From: an uncultured delta proteobacterium | GTDB taxonomy: Bacteria; Desulfobacterota; WTBG01; CAIYCZ01 | Assembly (NCBI GenBank): GCA_963803975.1 | Contig: CAWDOY010000030.1 | Coordinates: 1 to 46,161, forward strand | Length of the DNA stretch: 46,161 nucleotides | Direction of reading: 5' to 3' | Shown: piece after piece, positions 8,717-18,762 of the stretch | Position numbering within the stretch: the first letter of the stretch is position 1 | Layout of the letters: each line of letters starts with the position of its first letter | Notes under the pieces: model-generated | Told to the model about the DNA's origin: nothing | The model's input: the letters and a program-made list of their open reading frames with translations, nothing else | Databases searched by the model: none | Translations under genes and position numbers: made by a program

Positions 8717-10015
8717 ATGGCATTAGAAAAAATCGAGTACGATGCGGGACATTGCCAGCGCTGTTCGACCTGCAAATGGTCCCACATATGGGAGATCAAG
8801 AGCCACCGGTTTTCCCGGAACTGCCCGTCGCTCTGGTACGGCGTGTTTGATGCGTACGCTGCCCAGGGAAAAAACGACATCGCGACCGGGCTGCTGAAAG
8901 GTGAACTCGACTGGAACACCTCCCGGGAAAAGCTTCTGGAAATTATTTATCGCTGCCCCCTGTGCGCAGCCTGTGACATCAACTGCAAACGCATTATGGA
9001 TCTTGATATCATTGGCGTGCTTGATGCTCTGCGGGAAGAGGCTTGCGAGAAGGGCCACGGACCGCTGCCCCAGCACAAGGAGTTTATCCAGAGCATTACG
9101 AACTACGACAACGTCTGGAAACAGCCGCGCACCCGCCGGGCAAACTGGGCCAAGAAGCTCAATATAAAAGACCTGTCCAAGAAGGGCGAGAAGGCAGACG
9201 TGCTGTATTATGTCGGCTGCACCTATGCCTACAAGCCGGGGATGGAGTCAGTGCCTCAGGGCACAGCCCGGATTATGAAGAAAGCAGGGGTTGATTTCGG
9301 CATTCTGGGAGCCAAGGAAGTGTGCTGCGGCGGTATTGCTGACAACGTGGGAGATAAAAAGAGCTTTGCCGAGATTGCAGACAAGAACCTGAAGATGTTT
9401 GAAGAAGTTGGTGCCAAGACCATCGTAACCAACTGCCCGGGCTGCTTTATGACCTTTTCAGAAAAGTATGCTCACCATCTGAAGAAAGACACCAAAGACC
9501 TTCCCTATGTGGTCAAGCATTCCACCATGTATATTGATGAGCTCATCCAGCAGGGGAAGATCAAGTTTAAAAAGAATTTGAACATGAAGGTCACCTATCA
9601 TGATCCCTGCCATTTAGGCCGGCGCGGCGAGCCCTACAAGCACTGGGAAGGCAAGCGCGTGCAGTGGGGTCTGACGGAACCTCCGCGTGAATTGAACCGC
9701 GGGGTGAATGGTGTTTATGAACCTCCGCGCAATATTCTCAAGGCCATCCCCGGTGTTTCGCTGGTGGAGATGGAGCGGATTAAAGAGTATTCCTGGTGCT
9801 GCGGCAGCGGCGCAGGGTCAAAGTCAGCCTACCCGGATTTTGCCCTGGCAGTAGCCAAGGAACGCGTTGAAGAAGCTGAGACAACGGGTGCCAGCGCCAT
9901 TGTGTCGGCCTGCCCGTGGTGCGAAGCAAATTTGAGCGATGGCATCGATGCCAGCGGGTCAAAGATGAAGGTTATAGATATTCTGGATCTTATTGAACAG
10001 TCAGTGGAAGGCTAA
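8717..10015 (+). CDS. Fe-S oxidoreductase with two CCG domains (GlcF/HdrD-like)
   Basis: CQRCSTC, CPLCAACDINC, YYVGC, VCCGG, NCPGC, YHDPCHLGR, CCGSGAG, SACPWC. Confidence 0.92.
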   Translation: MALEKIEYDAGHCQRCSTCKWSHIWEIKSHRFSRNCPSLWYGVFDAYAAQGKNDIATGLLKGELDWNTSREKLLEIIYRCPLCAACDINCKRIMDLDIIGVLDALREEACEKGHGPLPQHKEFIQSITNYDNVWKQPRTRRANWAKKLNIKDLSKKGEKADVLYYVGCTYAYKPGMESVPQGTARIMKKAGVDFGILGAKEVCCGGIADNVGDKKSFAEIADKNLKMFEEVGAKTIVTNCPGCFMTFSEKYAHHLKKDTKDLPYVVKHSTMYIDELIQQGKIKFKKNLNMKVTYHDPCHLGRRGEPYKHWEGKRVQWGLTEPPRELNRGVNGVYEPPRNILKAIPGVSLVEMERIKEYSWCCGSGAGSKSAYPDFALAVAKERVEEAETTGASAIVSACPWCEANLSDGIDASGSKMKVIDILDLIEQSVEG

Positions 10016-10045
10016 TTCCCAAATTCTCTGATAAGGAGACGTGAC

Positions 10046-11704
10046 ATGGCATTTTCAGATATTGCCTTTAGAGCTCTGCAGGATGTGTTAGGCGAAGAAA
10101 ACGTTACCAATGATCCGGTTGTTTGTCAGGCTTATTCGCGGGTGCAGTGGCTGCCGCCCGGGGTACTGCAGAGGGAGCGCTGCGGTCTGGACATGCGTCC
10201 GGCATGCGTTGTTATGCCGGGTACAACCGAAGAAGTGCAGGCCATCATTAAGCTTGCCAACCGCTACCGGTTTCCCTTTATTCCCCGGGGCTCTGGATTT
10301 ACCTTCACTGCCTTTCCGACCCAGGCCGGGACCATAGTCATAGACCCCAAGCGGATGAACCGGATTATTGAGCTGAACGAGCAGGACATGTTTGCGGTCA
10401 TCGAGCCCTATGTCAGCTTTGTGGGGCTGCAGGCGGAAGCGATGAAAGCAGGCCTCACTATTCCGACGCCGCTGGCGGGCGCTCATGTCTCCTGTCTTGC
10501 AAATTATTCCTGGCACGGAGCCTATGGCAATAGCTGGCTTACCGGCATCGGTGCGCAGAATCTGCTGGGGTTTGAGCTGGTGCTGCCAAACGGTGACGTG
10601 GTGCGCAGCGGTTCCATGGCATGCCCTGAAGCGGGGAATTTCTGGAATGACGGCCCGGGGCCTGATTTACGCGGGTTCTTAAGAGGAGGCATGTTCGGTC
10701 ATGCCGGCGGCATGGGAATGGTGACAAAAATTTCCTGCAAGCTGTGGCAGTGGCCGGGACCGGCTGTGTGGCCCACCAAGGGCAATGGCAACATGAAGAC
10801 CTCCTCAGGCTTCTCCCAGGATCAGTTCCGCTGGTACATGATCAAGTTCCCCGGCAAATATCCGGAAGAAGAGGAGAAGCAGCTGAAAAAAGCCGCTGAG
10901 CTCTTTTATGAAATGGGCAAGGCTGAAATTGCCTGTGTTGCCACCCATCTTGCCAAACAGTTCCTGTACACGTATTCCTCACAGACCAAGCAGGACCTGT
11001 TTGATAATATGCAAAAGAATGTTTTTCCGCACGGATTTGTGGTGGTAGGACTGCAGGCAAGCACGTCTCTCAGGCAGCTGGAATATGAGGAAAAGGTTCT
11101 CAATGAGCTGGTTGCCAAGGTGGGCGGGGTATTTGTGCAGGAGGATGAGCCGGCCTATCAGACCTGGATCGGGCGGGCTGCCAATGAGTGGCTGCGGTTC
11201 GGCAATGCCCAGCGGCTTGCCCGGCCGTCAGACAATTTCAGCATCGGCACGTCAAATGTTGATTCGATTGATATGATCGTATTTGACATAATGGAAGGGA
11301 ACAAGGTGGCACGGGACCTTCTTGAAGGGCCCAAGCATCTGGGTAAAGACTTTGTCCAGCCGCTGAGTGTTCACGGCGGATGGATCAGCCCCCAGGAATA
11401 CGGCTACTGGTGCCTCATGACCACTGACGTGTTCCCGGATCAGGCACCGGAACAGGCCAAGGAGGCTATTGAAATCATCGGCAATATCACCAGAAAGCAG
11501 ATTGAAAACAAGTCCTCTGCAGCGGTTATTCACCTGCTGGGACCGGCCTATGATATGCTCGGCCCGATGTTCGGCAACATTCATCTTATCATGAAGAAAT
11601 TTAAAAATGAGTTTGACCCCTACAACCTCTCCAACCCAGGGTTTGCAACGCGGCCGGATGTAGTTTCACCCGAAGAACTGCAAAAGATGGCCGGGGGTCA
11701 TTAA
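10046..11704 (+). CDS. Second FAD-binding oxidoreductase (GlcD/VAO-like)
   Basis: PACVVMPGTTEEVQ, PRGSG, ELVLPNGDVVRSGS, GPGPDLRG, FDPYNLSNP. Confidence 0.9.
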   Translation: MAFSDIAFRALQDVLGEENVTNDPVVCQAYSRVQWLPPGVLQRERCGLDMRPACVVMPGTTEEVQAIIKLANRYRFPFIPRGSGFTFTAFPTQAGTIVIDPKRMNRIIELNEQDMFAVIEPYVSFVGLQAEAMKAGLTIPTPLAGAHVSCLANYSWHGAYGNSWLTGIGAQNLLGFELVLPNGDVVRSGSMACPEAGNFWNDGPGPDLRGFLRGGMFGHAGGMGMVTKISCKLWQWPGPAVWPTKGNGNMKTSSGFSQDQFRWYMIKFPGKYPEEEEKQLKKAAELFYEMGKAEIACVATHLAKQFLYTYSSQTKQDLFDNMQKNVFPHGFVVVGLQASTSLRQLEYEEKVLNELVAKVGGVFVQEDEPAYQTWIGRAANEWLRFGNAQRLARPSDNFSIGTSNVDSIDMIVFDIMEGNKVARDLLEGPKHLGKDFVQPLSVHGGWISPQEYGYWCLMTTDVFPDQAPEQAKEAIEIIGNITRKQIENKSSAAVIHLLGPAYDMLGPMFGNIHLIMKKFKNEFDPYNLSNPGFATRPDVVSPEELQKMAGGH

Positions 11705-11738
11705 TACCTTTCCGTTGCTATCGATTTAATTGTTTGCC

Positions 11739-11775
11739 AGCCCCCTTATACACTCTGTGTAAGGGGGCTCTTTTT
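11739..11775 (+). terminator. Intrinsic terminator
   Basis: AGCCCCCTTATACAC / GTGTAAGGGGGCT stem followed by a T-run. Confidence 0.8.
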
Positions 11776-11911
11776 ATAGATGAAACTCTGAGAGCCGGCA
11801 TAATATAGTTGACCTGGATAGCAAAAGTTAGGTATAAAAGTTCAGCTTTGTAAATATTCAATTTGTACGCATTGATTGTTGCGGGCTAAATTTTAAACAA
11901 GGAGGAACTAT

Positions 11912-13475
11912 ATGGTTGCGCAGGCTGAAGCAAAAAAAGACGTGAAAAAATTTGCAGGCATAGAAATCCCGCCGGATCTCACCAAGGGAAATTTTTTCTT
12001 TCTTTATTTCAACACATTGATCATGGGCATGATAATGGCAGTCCCTGCCGTTATTCAGCCGGCATTTCTGACTGATATTATTAAGATTGACCAGGCCTTC
12101 GCCGGCTCTATAAACGGCCTCTTACAGAATATGAGCCAGATTGCCACCCTTTTGTTTGTCGCAATGATCGGGGTGCTGTCAGACAAAGTCGGCAGAAAGA
12201 TACTGGCAGTTGCGGGATTTATCGTGGGCGCAGTGTTCTTCTATTTGATGAGCCAGTCAAACGGTATTGCTTCAGGGTTGAATATTCCCGCGGGGCTTGC
12301 TTCACCGATTTGCGCGGTGCTCAGCTTCTTTCCCAGCAGGGCTGCTGAGTTTGACGCTTTTTCACCCGGCCTGCTCATGACCTATATCACCCGTTTTATC
12401 ATCGGGGTCGGCACTCATCCTTGCGTATCCCCAGTTTATCACCATGGTGGCTGACTATACCTATGAGAAGGACCGCGGCAAGGGCATGGCAATGAATGGC
12501 ATCGCGATGGGCATTGCCTCGCTGCTGGTCTTCGGCGCGTTTGCTCCCATCATGAAAAAGTCAGGCGTTATAAGCCTCATATATATTATTTGCGTACTTG
12601 CTGTGATTGGGGCGGTAAGCACCTGGGTGTTTCTCAAAGACCGTATGCCTGAAGTGAAACAGAAGAAGACCGGGCTCAAGGAAATAATTCCGATAGTTAG
12701 AAAAAGCCTGCCGCTCAAGGCAAGTTACCTGTGTGCCCTGATAACAAGAGCCGATATTGTAGTGCTCAGCGCACTTCTCGTGACCTGGGGTGTTAAATAC
12801 GGCCAGCAGATTCAGATGGCTTCAAAAGATGCAACCATGAAGGCATCCATTCCCATGATCGTCATGGGTGTATTTTCACTCCTCGCATTTCCTGTAATCG
12901 GCATCTTGATTGACAAATGGGGCCGGGTACAGACGATTATTTTAGCCCTTTTTGCCGGGGGCATAGGAATGGTGGTTCTTGCTGTGTGCCCGAACCCGTT
13001 CAGCGGACTGGTGTACGTGGGGGTTATTCTTGCCGCATTTGGTTTTGCCGGCTCAATAGCCGGTGCTAATACTCTGGCAGCAGATGCTTCTCCTCCCGGC
13101 ATGATTGGCGGCATCTTCGGCGGACTTAACACCATGCAGCCCATCGGGGTTCTGTTCTTCCTGGGACTTGGCGGATATTTATTTGATGCGCTGGGAGCGG
13201 GCTGGGCATTTGCTCTAAAGGGTGCAGGAACCCTTATTCTTGCCATATGGGTTTTTATGGTTAAGGGTGACATAGCAGCCGCATCTGAAGAAGCAGCCGC
13301 AAGTATTACCTTCACCATGAAGTGGACTGATGGCGCGAAGAAGATGCTGGAAAAGGTGCCGACAGCATTCCGGCAGCCGGCGGTTGAGGGCACCGAGCAG
13401 TATGCAAAGGATCACAATAATGCCGAGGTTACTGAAGATGTCATGACCGCATTCAGAAAAGAGCTGGGGATGTAA
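11912..13475 (+). CDS. MFS transporter with C-terminal PCP_red-like domain, frameshift near 12413
   Basis: MFS motif A (GVLSDKVGRK; GILIDKWGR) split over ORFs 11912..12454 and 12444..13475; tail MKWTDGAKKMLEKVPTAFRQPAVEGTEQYAKDHNNAEVTEDVM. Confidence 0.85.
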
Positions 13476-13590
13476 TAAGAAAAGAAGACAGACGGTCAGA
13501 GAAATCAGACAACAGACTGTCAGAAGACAGACTACAGAAGTGTTCAGGTGCCTTATAAAGGGCAGAAACTCAAGGACGGGGAAATAGAAT

Positions 13591-14474
13591 ATGCTGCTTA
13601 TAGCCGGCTGTAACGGCCATGTTGGTAAAGAGATTGTCAGGAAATGCATCGCACGAAAAATCCCTGCGCGCTGTTTTGACATAAAACCGCTGGAATTGCC
13701 AGGCATTGATACATCGGCTCTTGAAATAGTGACCGGTGATATCACCAAGCTGGATGATGTGCGCAAAGCGGTCAAGGGTGTTGACGTGGTCATGGATGTC
13801 ATCGGCATGCGCGGGGAGACCAAAGTACTGACCCATGAGATGGTTGAGCATGGCGGCATGAAAAATATCATCCAGGCCGGAAAAGAAAGCCAGGTAAAGC
13901 ATATCTCTACACCAGTGTCATGGGCGTGGAGCCGAACTCGCCAGCCATGTCCCTTGCGGCCAAATGGAATACCGAACAGACGCTCATCAATTCCGGCATC
14001 ACCTACACCATCTTCAGGCCATCCGGTTATTTTGTAGATTTTGCCGAATACTTTGCCCCCAAGATAAAAAAGACCGGAGCGTTTACCATCGTTGGTGACG
14101 GCTCGACCAAACTCCAGCCCCTTGATCCCGTTGACCTGGCAGAGGCATTTCTCCAGTCCGTGGATAATGAAAAAGTAAAAAATAAAATTGTAAAGATTGC
14201 GGGGCCTGAGGTGTTTACCTTGGCAGGGATTATCGCGCTGGTTGGAACAGTGGTGGAGCGGGAGGCCAAAATAAAGAAGATGCCCTTCTGGCTGGCAAAC
14301 CTGATGTTTTCCGCGATTGCCCTGGTGACCGGCAAAAAAGGCGGCAAGGATTTTCTCTATCGCATGAGGCGGGACAGCGTGTGCACTGAAGCTGAGATGC
14401 GGGAGATTAGAGAAGCCTTCAAAATAGAGTTTAAGAAGCTTGAGCCATGGCTGAGAGAGCGCGTTAAAGGTTAG
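13591..14474 (+). CDS. NAD(P)-binding atypical SDR (NDUFA9/NmrA-like), frameshift near 13908
   Basis: LIAGCNGHVG Rossmann motif in 13591..14037; AKWNTE..SGITYTIFRPS..LQPLDPVDLAE..IAGPE in 13920..14474. Confidence 0.85.
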
Positions 14475-14716
14475 CTCTCATCCATCAGCGTTCAGGATTA
14501 TTTTTTAAATTTACGGCAAGTGCGAAGACCTCACCCTCGTTCATCTTAAAAATCAAAAAAGCCGTCCCAAAAAAACACTCGAGCTGAAATCACCATAATA
14601 TGCCTTCGGCAATTATACTGAATTCAGCTCAGTTCCCCCGTATAACTAATTGATGAGACGATGTTCCTAAATATTTTTAAAATATATTGCCAAAATAATT
14701 GATTGCAGAAATTACC

Positions 14717-16033
14717 ATGAATAAAAAAGGAATAAAAACGCTGTGGATGGAATTACCGGAGGGAGTAACTTCCTTTAACTTCTGGTCACTGGTACTCCTT
14801 GCCTTTCTGGTAAACGTTTCTTTACCGCTTTTTCATATAATACAACCGTTATGGCTTGAGAAAGTGATACTAATAGACCCCTCACAATACGGTCTTATTA
14901 ATTCGAATCTCCAGATTATAATGGAAATAGTACAGATTGTTTTCCTTGGTTATCTGGGAGTTATTTCAGACAGGATTGGCAGGAGACCGCTACTATGGTT
15001 TGGATTCCTTTTATTCGGGGTTTTCTTTTATCTGTACGGACAGTCTTCAACAATAGCGTCTCTCATAGGAGTTGAGCCGATTACTGTTGTGTACATGATG
15101 CGAGGGATAAACGCTTTTCTTTTTCTTTTGCTTTGGCCGCAGATAATAACTCTCATAGCTGATTACTCTTTTGTTCAAAACAGAGGGAGAGGAATGGGGG
15201 TTGTGAACTTTATTTCCATATTCGGTGCCTTTTTCTCACTTCTTTTTGTTTCCCAAATTCCAAAGCTAACTGGTATTACGAGTTTTTTCTATATAGGTCC
15301 GATAATAGGATTTTTAGGGTTTATTATTGCTTTTGCAGGGATAAGGGACAGAACTGGAATTGGCATAGGAGGGAAAAACAGACAGAGGGAAAAGAAGGAA
15401 TGGAAAAAAGTTTTTGCAGTTGCAAAAGAAAAACCCGGTCTCAGGGTTTGCCTTTTTACTGCTTTTGCTGCGAGGGCAGATCAGTCGATTCTCGGACTTT
15501 TTCTTATAACATGGGCAGTTAAAGTGGCAGCGGAGTTTTCCAAAACCCCTGAGCAGGCTACTGCAATGGCTCCCGCCATGATGGCGGTTAATGTGCTTGT
15601 TGCCTCATTATGTTCTCCTTTGTTCGGCTACCTTACTGACCGTTTAAGCCGTAAGATGATCCTCTGTTGCTCACTGTTTTTGAGCGGAATAGGTTATTTT
15701 TGGATGGGACTTCTTGAATCTCCATTTGATCCGCAGATCTATATAGTTATGGCGTTTATGGGTATGGGGGTTTCAGGAATAACAATAAGCGCACAGACCC
15801 TTACCGCGGATCTGGCTCCCAAAGATCTGAGAGGATCGGTGCTTGGGGCTTACAATACATCAGGAGCTGTAGGCATACTTTTTTTTGCTTTTGTTGGCGG
15901 ATATCTTTTTGATCACATAGGCTATGCCATGCCGTTCTTAATTAAAGGTATAGCTGATTTACTTGCGCTGTCATATGCAGTCTATAACTGGAAAAACATT
16001 ACCCACCATAATGAAAAAGTTGCTTCCGACTAA
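14717..16033 (+). CDS. MFS transporter, AT-rich
   Basis: GVISDRIGRR and GYLTDRLSRK; shares ADY...RG.GM, RAD and GGYLFD..G....F..KG with the MFS at 11912. Confidence 0.92.
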   Translation: MNKKGIKTLWMELPEGVTSFNFWSLVLLAFLVNVSLPLFHIIQPLWLEKVILIDPSQYGLINSNLQIIMEIVQIVFLGYLGVISDRIGRRPLLWFGFLLFGVFFYLYGQSSTIASLIGVEPITVVYMMRGINAFLFLLLWPQIITLIADYSFVQNRGRGMGVVNFISIFGAFFSLLFVSQIPKLTGITSFFYIGPIIGFLGFIIAFAGIRDRTGIGIGGKNRQREKKEWKKVFAVAKEKPGLRVCLFTAFAARADQSILGLFLITWAVKVAAEFSKTPEQATAMAPAMMAVNVLVASLCSPLFGYLTDRLSRKMILCCSLFLSGIGYFWMGLLESPFDPQIYIVMAFMGMGVSGITISAQTLTADLAPKDLRGSVLGAYNTSGAVGILFFAFVGGYLFDHIGYAMPFLIKGIADLLALSYAVYNWKNITHHNEKVASD

Positions 16034-16216
16034 TGTGACGAAACTCCCCAACGAAATACAGCGAAACAGGGTCAGGCCTTGCCTTACTCCCAAAGCCTCT
16101 GCTGTTGTGTTACTATAGCTGTGGCTGGGAATTCATGAAAGGCTAATTTTTCAAGGACATCCTGCAGACCTTACAAAAATAGAAATGGTACGCACTAAGC
16201 CTATTTGAAGGATAAA

Positions 16217-16890
16217 ATGAACCAAAATACCGCAGATAATCAAAAAGTTACTAAAAAGCTTTGGGGCTATCGCTGGACAATTTTGCTGGTTATCTGGCTG
16301 CTTTATATCATTAATTATTTTGACCGCATAAGTGTCCTTATCTTTCTTCCTTACATTCAGGAGGACCTTAATTTAAGCCCTGTGGAAGTCGGCTGGCTGG
16401 GTTCGATTTTCTTTTTCGGCTATGCGGTTGCACAACTGTCCTCGGGTTTTCTTGCGGATAAAATCGGGCCCAAAAAAACCATGAACATTGCTATCTGGGT
16501 TTTTACTACCGTAACGTTTCTGACTGGTTTTGTCAGAACATTCTGGCAGTTTATTTTCCTGCGTATCGGCTTGGCCGTTGGGGAAGGGCACCATTACGTA
16601 CCGGCCGTTCGGACAATTGCCAACTGGTTTCCCAAACACGAAAAAGGGCGGGCAAACGGATATTTCACCACGACCTGGGCTTTTGGCCCTGCCTTCATTC
16701 CGATCATTGTCACGTGGCTATCAGCAGATGTTTTTGGTGGCGCATGGCGCCCCATTTTTTTTGTGTTAGCAAGCACCCGGTCTACTTGGTGTGTATATTC
16801 TATCCAAATACATGGCTGACTCTCCTTATAGAATGTTGCAATGAGGAAAATGACAGCAGGAGGAGTATGATTTGATTACATCTTCGGTTG
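16217..16890 (+). pseudogene. Truncated MFS transporter (ACS-like), N-terminal half only
   Basis: YIINYFDR, GFLADKIGPK, ANWFPKHEKGRANG, WRPIFF; frameshifted continuation PGLLGVYILSKY..EYDLITSSVG, then an unrelated gene pair; no C-terminal half seen. Confidence 0.75.
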
Positions 16891-16893
16891 GAG

Positions 16894-17088
16894 ATGAAAT
16901 TGCAAAAAAATGTTTTTAAAATTGTGCCCATGAAATCGCCAGATGCTGAAGACGATTTTGTTAATTTGTCCCCATCGGAATGTTTGTCTTTGGTTTGGGA
17001 CTTAACAGAGGAAGTGTTTTCCCTATCAGGAGATTATGATGTTAAATCAAGATTACAAAGAGATGCTGTCAATATTATTAAAGAATAA
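16894..17088 (+). CDS. Small hypothetical protein overlapping the nucleotidyltransferase gene
   Basis: 64-aa ORF (LVWDLTEEVF...RLQRD) overlapping the next gene by ~50 nt. Confidence 0.6.
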   Translation: MKLQKNVFKIVPMKSPDAEDDFVNLSPSECLSLVWDLTEEVFSLSGDYDVKSRLQRDAVNIIKE

Positions 17089-17482
17089 GGTTGCGTTTCT
17101 TTTGGTCGGGGCATATGCAATGGCTGTACATGGATTCCCCCGGGCAACTGCTGATATGGATATTTTTGTTCGGGCTGATTCTCAGAATGCCCAAAAGTTA
17201 TATAAAGCGCTTGTTGAGTTTGGCGCACCAAAGGATCATATCAATGTTAAAGATTTGGAAAACCCTGGATTGATATTTCAGGTTGGTGTTGCGCCCCGTA
17301 GAATTGATATTATTAATAAGATTGACGGTGTCACTTTTGATGAGGCAGAAAAAGATAAAATTATTATTGATATCGACGGCCTCAAAGTGCCAATCATATC
17401 AAAACAAAATCTAATAATTAATAAACGGACGACCGGAAGAGAAAAAGACCGGCTTGATGCCGAGAAATTAGATAGACAATAA
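17036..17482 (+). CDS. Nucleotidyltransferase-fold protein (DUF6036-like)
   Basis: LLVGAYAMAVHGFPRATADMDI, RIDII..IDGVTF, LIINKRTTGREKDRLD. Confidence 0.85.
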   Translation: MMLNQDYKEMLSILLKNKVAFLLVGAYAMAVHGFPRATADMDIFVRADSQNAQKLYKALVEFGAPKDHINVKDLENPGLIFQVGVAPRRIDIINKIDGVTFDEAEKDKIIIDIDGLKVPIISKQNLIINKRTTGREKDRLDAEKLDRQ

Positions 17483-17488
17483 AACTTC

Positions 17489-17553
17489 TCATAACCAATT
17501 ATGTGAGAGGGACGGGGCACAAAGCTGACGTCTCCTCACCGTAACATTTATGG
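17489..17553 (+). mobile_element. Degenerate integron attC-like site
   Basis: TCATAAC 6 bp after the stop codon; GTGAGAGGGACG pairs with CGTCTCCTCAC leaving an extra base; right core reads TTTATGG instead of GTTRRRY. Confidence 0.55.
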
Positions 17554-17623
17554 CATGCTGCAGACGCCACTGTTCTATTATCAGTCTGTAGATAACTGTT
17601 ATTAAGCTGATTAGGAGGGTTGA

Positions 17624-18500
17624 ATGGACTGGGATAAAGACGCAGTAGAGATTGTTGAAGCAATACCGCTGCCGCCCATGATCGCGCATTTTGCGAAAAT
17701 GGATGCTGAGCGTCGGGCAAAGAAAAAAGGCGAGAAGCTGGTGACCGCGGAAACAGCGCGGGAGACCGAGCGCGGCTATGAGCAGGCGCTGGGCAGAGAA
17801 TCGGTCGAGCTGCTGCGCAGGATGGCGCGGGGCGAGGATGCGGGCCTGCCGGATGAATTTTTTGTTGAAGAGCCGGAAGAGCTCTACTCCATAGAGTTAT
17901 GCCCTGCCAAGTTCGGGGCAAGCACCATGGAAAAAAGAGAACAGATGCGCATGCTGTTAACGCCCCTTAGAAAAAAGCTCAAAGAGCTTGACATCACCGG
18001 GATCATCATGGACAAGGCCCGGACATCCATCATGTCCCATCACATGCTGCGCATCGGCCTCACTGGCTGTCCCAATGCCTGCTTTTCCCCCTATTTCCAG
18101 GATCTGGCAATACTGGGTGTTTACCATGTAGGGATAAAGGACACGGGCTGTGTGCAGTGCGGCAAATGCGTTACCTACTGTTCGGCACGGGCAATCAGCT
18201 TGAACGAGAAGGGGCCGGTTATTGATTATAAGACGGTGCATTAAATGCTCCGGCTGTGTTGAGCAGTGCGAAGAAGGGGTTTTTTATACTAAAGAAAAAG
18301 GCTACAAGGTGGCAATCGGCGGCGCCGGAACGCGGCATCCGCGGATCGCCCAGACCGTAGCAGAATATACTGACCTCGAAGGAGTTTTAAAAATTCTTGA
18401 AAAGGCAATAACCCTTCTCAGGGACACGCCGGTCGAGGGCAGGGTCATCTCTTTTCACGAGATTGTTGACCGGTACGGGATAGAGGCGTTCAGGATATAA
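17624..18500 (+). CDS. PCP_red-like + nitrite/sulfite-reductase-type Fe-S domain + 2x[4Fe-4S] protein, frameshift near 18237
   Basis: MDWDKDAVEIVEAIP..AERRAKKKG...VT; IGLTGCPNAC; CVQCGKCVTYC; CIKCSGCVEQC; GYKVAIGGAGTRHPRIA. Confidence 0.8.
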
Positions 18501-18502
18501 CG

Positions 18503-18660
18503 AGCAGGCTGTTGAAAAACACCCATCTGCTGCGTTGCGCTCGTCCCTCGTCATTGCGACGTACTGTGAAAGTACGCATCATTCCTCGTGATTTCGCGCG
18601 CCTTGCATCTGAATGTTTTTGACCAGCCTGTGAAAAACCACAAAAACCACTTTTTCAACA
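18503..18660 (+). mobile_element. MITE-like ~155-bp element, copy 1
   Basis: Ends AGCAGGCTGTTGAAAAA / TTTTTCAACA; near-identical in reverse complement to 37099..37253. Confidence 0.85.
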
Positions 18661-18732
18661 AGACATTCAGGGGGCGCATTACAGGCGTGTTTTGCCGCTG
18701 AAAAAAGAAAATGACCGGCACCATAATAATCC

Positions 18733-18762
18733 TTGCTATTGAGTATATTGCTATGTTATAAA
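18733..18762 (+). promoter_or_regulatory. Probable csp promoter
   Basis: TTGCTA-18 bp-TATAAA with TGn extended -10. Confidence 0.5.

Noticed and set aside
14581..14630. GAGCTGAA / TTCAGCTC inverted repeat upstream of the AT-rich MFS
   Set aside because: Only 8 bp with a long spacer; could be chance.
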